DNA of 64,000 bases from an uncultured Gemmatimonadales bacterium (GTDB lineage Bacteria; Gemmatimonadota; Gemmatimonadetes; Longimicrobiales; Gaopeijiaceae): contig CAWELD010000003.1 of NCBI GenBank assembly GCA_963809895.1, positions 3,264,001 through 3,328,000 of the forward strand, in the 5' to 3' direction. The notes under the pieces are model-generated. The model did not search any database and was not told the origin of the DNA. It was given only the letters and a program-made list of their open reading frames with translations. Shown in pieces: positions 60,654 to 64,000 of the stretch (within the stretch, counting starts at the first letter, position 1; each line of letters begins with the position of its first letter). Made by a program: the position numbers and the translations under genes.

Positions 60654-60841
60654 GTTGGACTTTGCAGCCAGAGTCCCTCGCCTCGCCGGGAGACGGCTGC
60701 GTTCTACAGGATTATCCTGGACTTCGCAGCCGGCGCCCTGGGCCCGAGGGACTGTGGCTGCAATCACCCGGACTATCCTGGACTTTGCAGCCGACGCCCT
60801 CGCCCCGGCTCGATTGTGGCTGCGTATTGCAGGATCGCTCC
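60654..60841. repeat. intergenic palindromic repeat array (37-bp unit, about 61-bp period)
   Basis: GGCTGC-N7-C(A/C)GGA(T/C)TATCCTGGACTT(C/T)GCAGCC at 60695-60731 and 60756-60792, with half copies at 60654-60669 and 60818-60841. Confidence 0.8.
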
Positions 60842-60934
60842 GAGCCCTGAAAGCCGCGTGCGCCGACCGCCGCACCCCTCGCCCCGACCCTCGGAGCCCG
60901 TACAATGACGCACCGGACACCGAGGCGGACCGGC

Positions 60935-62093
60935 ATGCGCTCCCTCGCGTGGCTCCTGCTGGCACCGGCTCATCTGACCGCACAGCTCCCGCAGCGCACC
61001 CTGGTGGCGACCTTCCGCCTCGGTGGCGTGAACGCGCCGGAGTACGCCGCCTTCGCGCGCGAGCCGACCATCGTGGCCGACTCGGACGGCACCATCTTCG
61101 TGCGCACGGCGCAGCCTCCCACGATCAACGTCTTCGATGCGCAAGGTCGCTTCGTGCGCACGATCGGGCGCGAGGGCGAGGGTCCCGGAGAATTCACGAT
61201 CGCAGGGCGGCACGGCGTCCTGGCCGACACGCTGTGGGTACTCGACCCGGTGAACGCGCGCGTCACGCTCTTCGACCGCGAAGGCACGGTGCTCGCCACC
61301 CGTCCGTCCAATCCCGACGGCCGGGGCACCGACTTCGGGTCCCAGCAGTTCACCACCGTCCCGCTGCTCGGCGGACACGTGATCCAGATTCCTGGGATGC
61401 CCCCACCGGGCACCGATCATCCCCTCGAGGCGCCGATCCGCTTCAGGCCAGACGCCTCCGAGAGCCCTCGCCAGGTCGGGACGCTCACCGTGCCCACGGA
61501 CGGCTTGCTGGTGCCCGGGGTCGGCGTCTTCTGGCTGCGAGACTTCCCGGCCTTTCCACCCCTGATCTCGGTCGCGAGCAATGGAGGGGGATGGGCCTAC
61601 GTGGACGACGACGAGGCGAATCCCGCGGCGGCAGTGATCTCGCGCTATTCCGCGTCCGGCGAGCTCGTCTGGACCCGGACCCTGGAATCCCCCCGGACAC
61701 CGGTCTCCGACACCGCTCGCGACCGCCTCGTCGACGCCGCGCTCGAGATCTTCACGCCGGACGTGTTGGAAAGCACCCGTCGCTGGGCCGAGGCCCAGGG
61801 CGAGCCGGCACCCCGCGGCACTCGCAAGGACATGGTCGAGGACGCTCTCGGCCTCCCGGACTTCTACGCGCCGTTCGATGACGTGGTGATGGGACGCGAC
61901 GGGAGCGTGTGGCTCCGCCGGGGCAGCGAGGGTCGAGACGCCGAGTGGCTGATCCTGGACCCCCCGGCGAGCCACGCTTCACGGCCCGGCTGCCTCGCCG
62001 ATGGCCGTGCGCGAAGCGACCATCGAGACGGTCTGGACCACGGTGCTCGATGAGCTCGACGTGCCGTACGTCGTCCGCTTCGACGTGCGCTGA
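60935..62093 (+). CDS. 6-bladed beta-propeller (frameshift near 61965)
   Basis: Signal peptide; GREGEGPGEF; MGRDGSVWL; C-terminal DELDVPYVVRFDV in another frame. Confidence 0.83.
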
Positions 62094-62094
62094 C

Positions 62095-62419
62095 ATGTAC
62101 ATCTACGTCTGGGAGTTCGACGTCGCCGAGGGCCACACGGCGGAGTTCGAGGAGATCTACGGACCCGAGGGTGCGTGGGTCGCTCTCTTCCGGCGCGCAC
62201 CGGGCTACCGCGCCACGCGCCTGGTTCGCTCTGCGGAGCACCGGCGGCGCTACTTCACCGTGGACGAGTGGGACAGCAAGGCGGGCTACGAGGATCTTTC
62301 GACGCGAGTTCGCCAACGAGTTCGAAGCGCTGGATCGCCGGTGCGAGTCCCTGACCGTGAGCGAGCAGCTCCGGCTCTCGGTCGACGGGACCGACGTCGA
62401 CCGCACGACCTCGACCTGA
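62095..62419 (+). CDS. ABM-like dimeric alpha-beta barrel protein (indel near 62297)
   Basis: MYIYVWEFDV...FEEIYGPEGAWVALFRRAPGY...YFTVDEWDS, continuing as EFEALDRRCESLT. Confidence 0.8.
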
Positions 62420-62435
62420 CCCCCGCGATCCGCGC

Positions 62436-63580
62436 ATGTGGCACCACTGCATCGTCTGCTCGTCGGATCTGGGCGAGAACCAGGACCTGGAGGAATTTCC
62501 CGTCGGGACGCCGGTTCGCGTTCGATCCGGCGCAAGGGGCGGCTCTGGGTGGTGTGCCCGTGCTGCGAGCGCTGGAACCTCGTGCCCTTCGATGAACGCT
62601 GGGAGGCGATCGAGGCGCTGGAGAGGGCATACCGGGATACGTCCCGTCCCGCTTCTCGACGCCGGAGATCGGGCTGGCACGCCTCGGGGGTGGTCTCGAG
62701 ATCGTGCGCATCGGGGATCCCGTGCCGGGGGAGTTCGCCGCCTGGCGCTGGGGCAGCCGCTTCGGCCGCCGCAAGCGACGACTGAAATCCCTCGTCCAGG
62801 GCGGTCCGCTCCTCAAGCTCGAGAAGGGTACCGCCTGGGCCGCGGGGATTGCGCTCGCACCCCTGGCTCCAGTGCTCGCTCCGCTGGCGGTGGTGGGTGG
62901 CGTGATCACCATCCCCCTGATCCTGCTCGCGCGCATGGAGAGCAACTGGTACCTGGCCAAGGGCTCGCCCGCCGGCGTCGGCAAGATGCAGCTCAAGTCC
63001 GGGGGGATCACGCCCTCGGACGTGTTTCCCGGGTGGTCCATCCACATTCAGGCCTGGGCTGAAGTGCCCAGCCAGGGCGGGACGCGCACGCCTGATCCGA
63101 TGGAAGGAGTACTCCGGCGATGACGCCCTCCATCTCGCGCGCCGGGCACTCCCCCTGCTCAACCGTCGCACGCCGAAGCTCACCACCATCTCCGACGCGG
63201 TGAGCGAGATCTCCAGCCATGGCGGAGTGGAGGGATACCTGTCTCATGCCGCCGCGCTCAAGCCCAGGTGGGTGCCCTTCAGGCACTACCCGAAGCCCGT
63301 GCTCATGGCCATGGAGATGGCGCTCTTCGAAGGCGAGGAGCGCCGCGCCCTCGAGGGCGAGCTCGAGCATCTCCTGGAGGCCTGGCGCGAGGCTGAGGAA
63401 ATCGCCGAGATCAGCGACAACCTCATCGAGCCCAAAGGATGGGAGGCGTTCCGGGTGCGGGTGACGGCCGCGAGCCAGGCGGCGGCGGGTGAGGAGCCTC
63501 CCACGGTGCGGAGAGACAACCTCGGTTCCATGGGCAGCGGCGGAGGTTCGCCCTCATCGCATCCCGATGCTGGCGGGTGA
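62436..63580 (+). CDS. conserved hypothetical protein with N-terminal Cys motifs (multiple frameshifts)
   Basis: CIVC...LWVVCPCCERWNLVP...EFAAWRWG...EMALFEGEERRALEGEL...WREAEEIAEISD across several frames. Confidence 0.7.
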
Positions 63581-63650
63581 GATGCGACCCCGCATATGAT
63601 GGGGCGCGGAGGTCCCTGCTCCGCCCCCACAACCCCACCTGAGGTCCCCC

Positions 63651-64000
63651 ATGCACCCGTCGCCGAGGCAGGCACTCGTCGTCCTGATGCTCGCGGCCGC
63701 CGCATGCGCTGGGGGCGAGGAGGGTCGCCGCTTCTCGGCGGTCGTCACCGACAGCGCCGGCATCACCATCATCGACAACGGGGTCCTCGCGGACGGTCCG
63801 GACCTGCTCGCGGATTCCACGCCGTTGCTCCAGATCGGGGTGGCCGAAGGTGATGACGCCTATCAGCTCTTCCGGGTGGCCGACGCGAAGCGGCTCTCCG
63901 ATGGCGCCATCGCGGTGGCGAACGGGGGCACGCGCGAGCTTCGCATCTACGAGGCCGACGGCACCCATCGGGCCACGGCGGGCGGTGCCGGGCAGGGCCC
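63651..64000 (+). CDS. 6-bladed beta-propeller lipoprotein (partial)
   Basis: AAAC lipobox; VTDSAGITIIDN; LQIGVAEGDDAYQLFRV; GGAGQGP at the window edge. Confidence 0.85.
   Translation, partial: MHPSPRQALVVLMLAAAACAGGEEGRRFSAVVTDSAGITIIDNGVLADGPDLLADSTPLLQIGVAEGDDAYQLFRVADAKRLSDGAIAVANGGTRELRIYEADGTHRATAGGAGQG

Noticed and set aside
60654..60841. canonical CRISPR array
   Set aside because: Only two full, mutually divergent repeats; spacers are short and related to each other; no cas genes or AT-rich leader
2911..64000. diversity-generating retroelement or invertase shuffling of the propellers
   Set aside because: No reverse transcriptase, recombinase or near-identical template/variable repeat pair visible
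1..64000. tRNA/rRNA genes, IS elements, prophage
   Set aside because: No recognisable cloverleaf or rRNA motifs, transposase, integrase or phage structural genes found by eye

Overview
High-GC (visually about two-thirds GC) bacterial accessory region with about 75 mostly short or envelope-targeted genes. The protein families present (ADOP-type ABC permease, PadR, many 'RDSAGV...GQGPGEF' beta-propeller lipoproteins, DUF6090-like proteins) suggest a Gemmatimonadota-like host, which is an inference. I found no rRNA, tRNA, integrase, transposase or cas gene. Many genes are split by 1-bp indels, often at homopolymers, which most likely reflects an unpolished long-read assembly. Main findings: (1) A rifamycin-monooxygenase (Rox)-like gene is preceded by the 19-bp palindrome CGGGCTTGCTGCAAGTCCC at 14707-14725. 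This matches the rifamycin-associated element (RAE) known from Actinobacteria. It forms two back-to-back promoter-like layouts, each with a 19-bp spacer, and the second faces an uncharacterised alpha/beta hydrolase, a candidate new rifamycin-responsive gene. (2) There are about 15 divergent, co-oriented 6-bladed beta-propeller paralogs. (3) Other notable items are a DUF929-VKOR disulfide-relay pair, AAC(3), VapBC, an ArsR-SRPBCC-DUF1801 operon with an operator, a 14-aa tandem-repeat coiled-coil protein, a PadR gene followed by a decayed permease, and a small intergenic palindromic repeat array at 60.65-60.84 kb.
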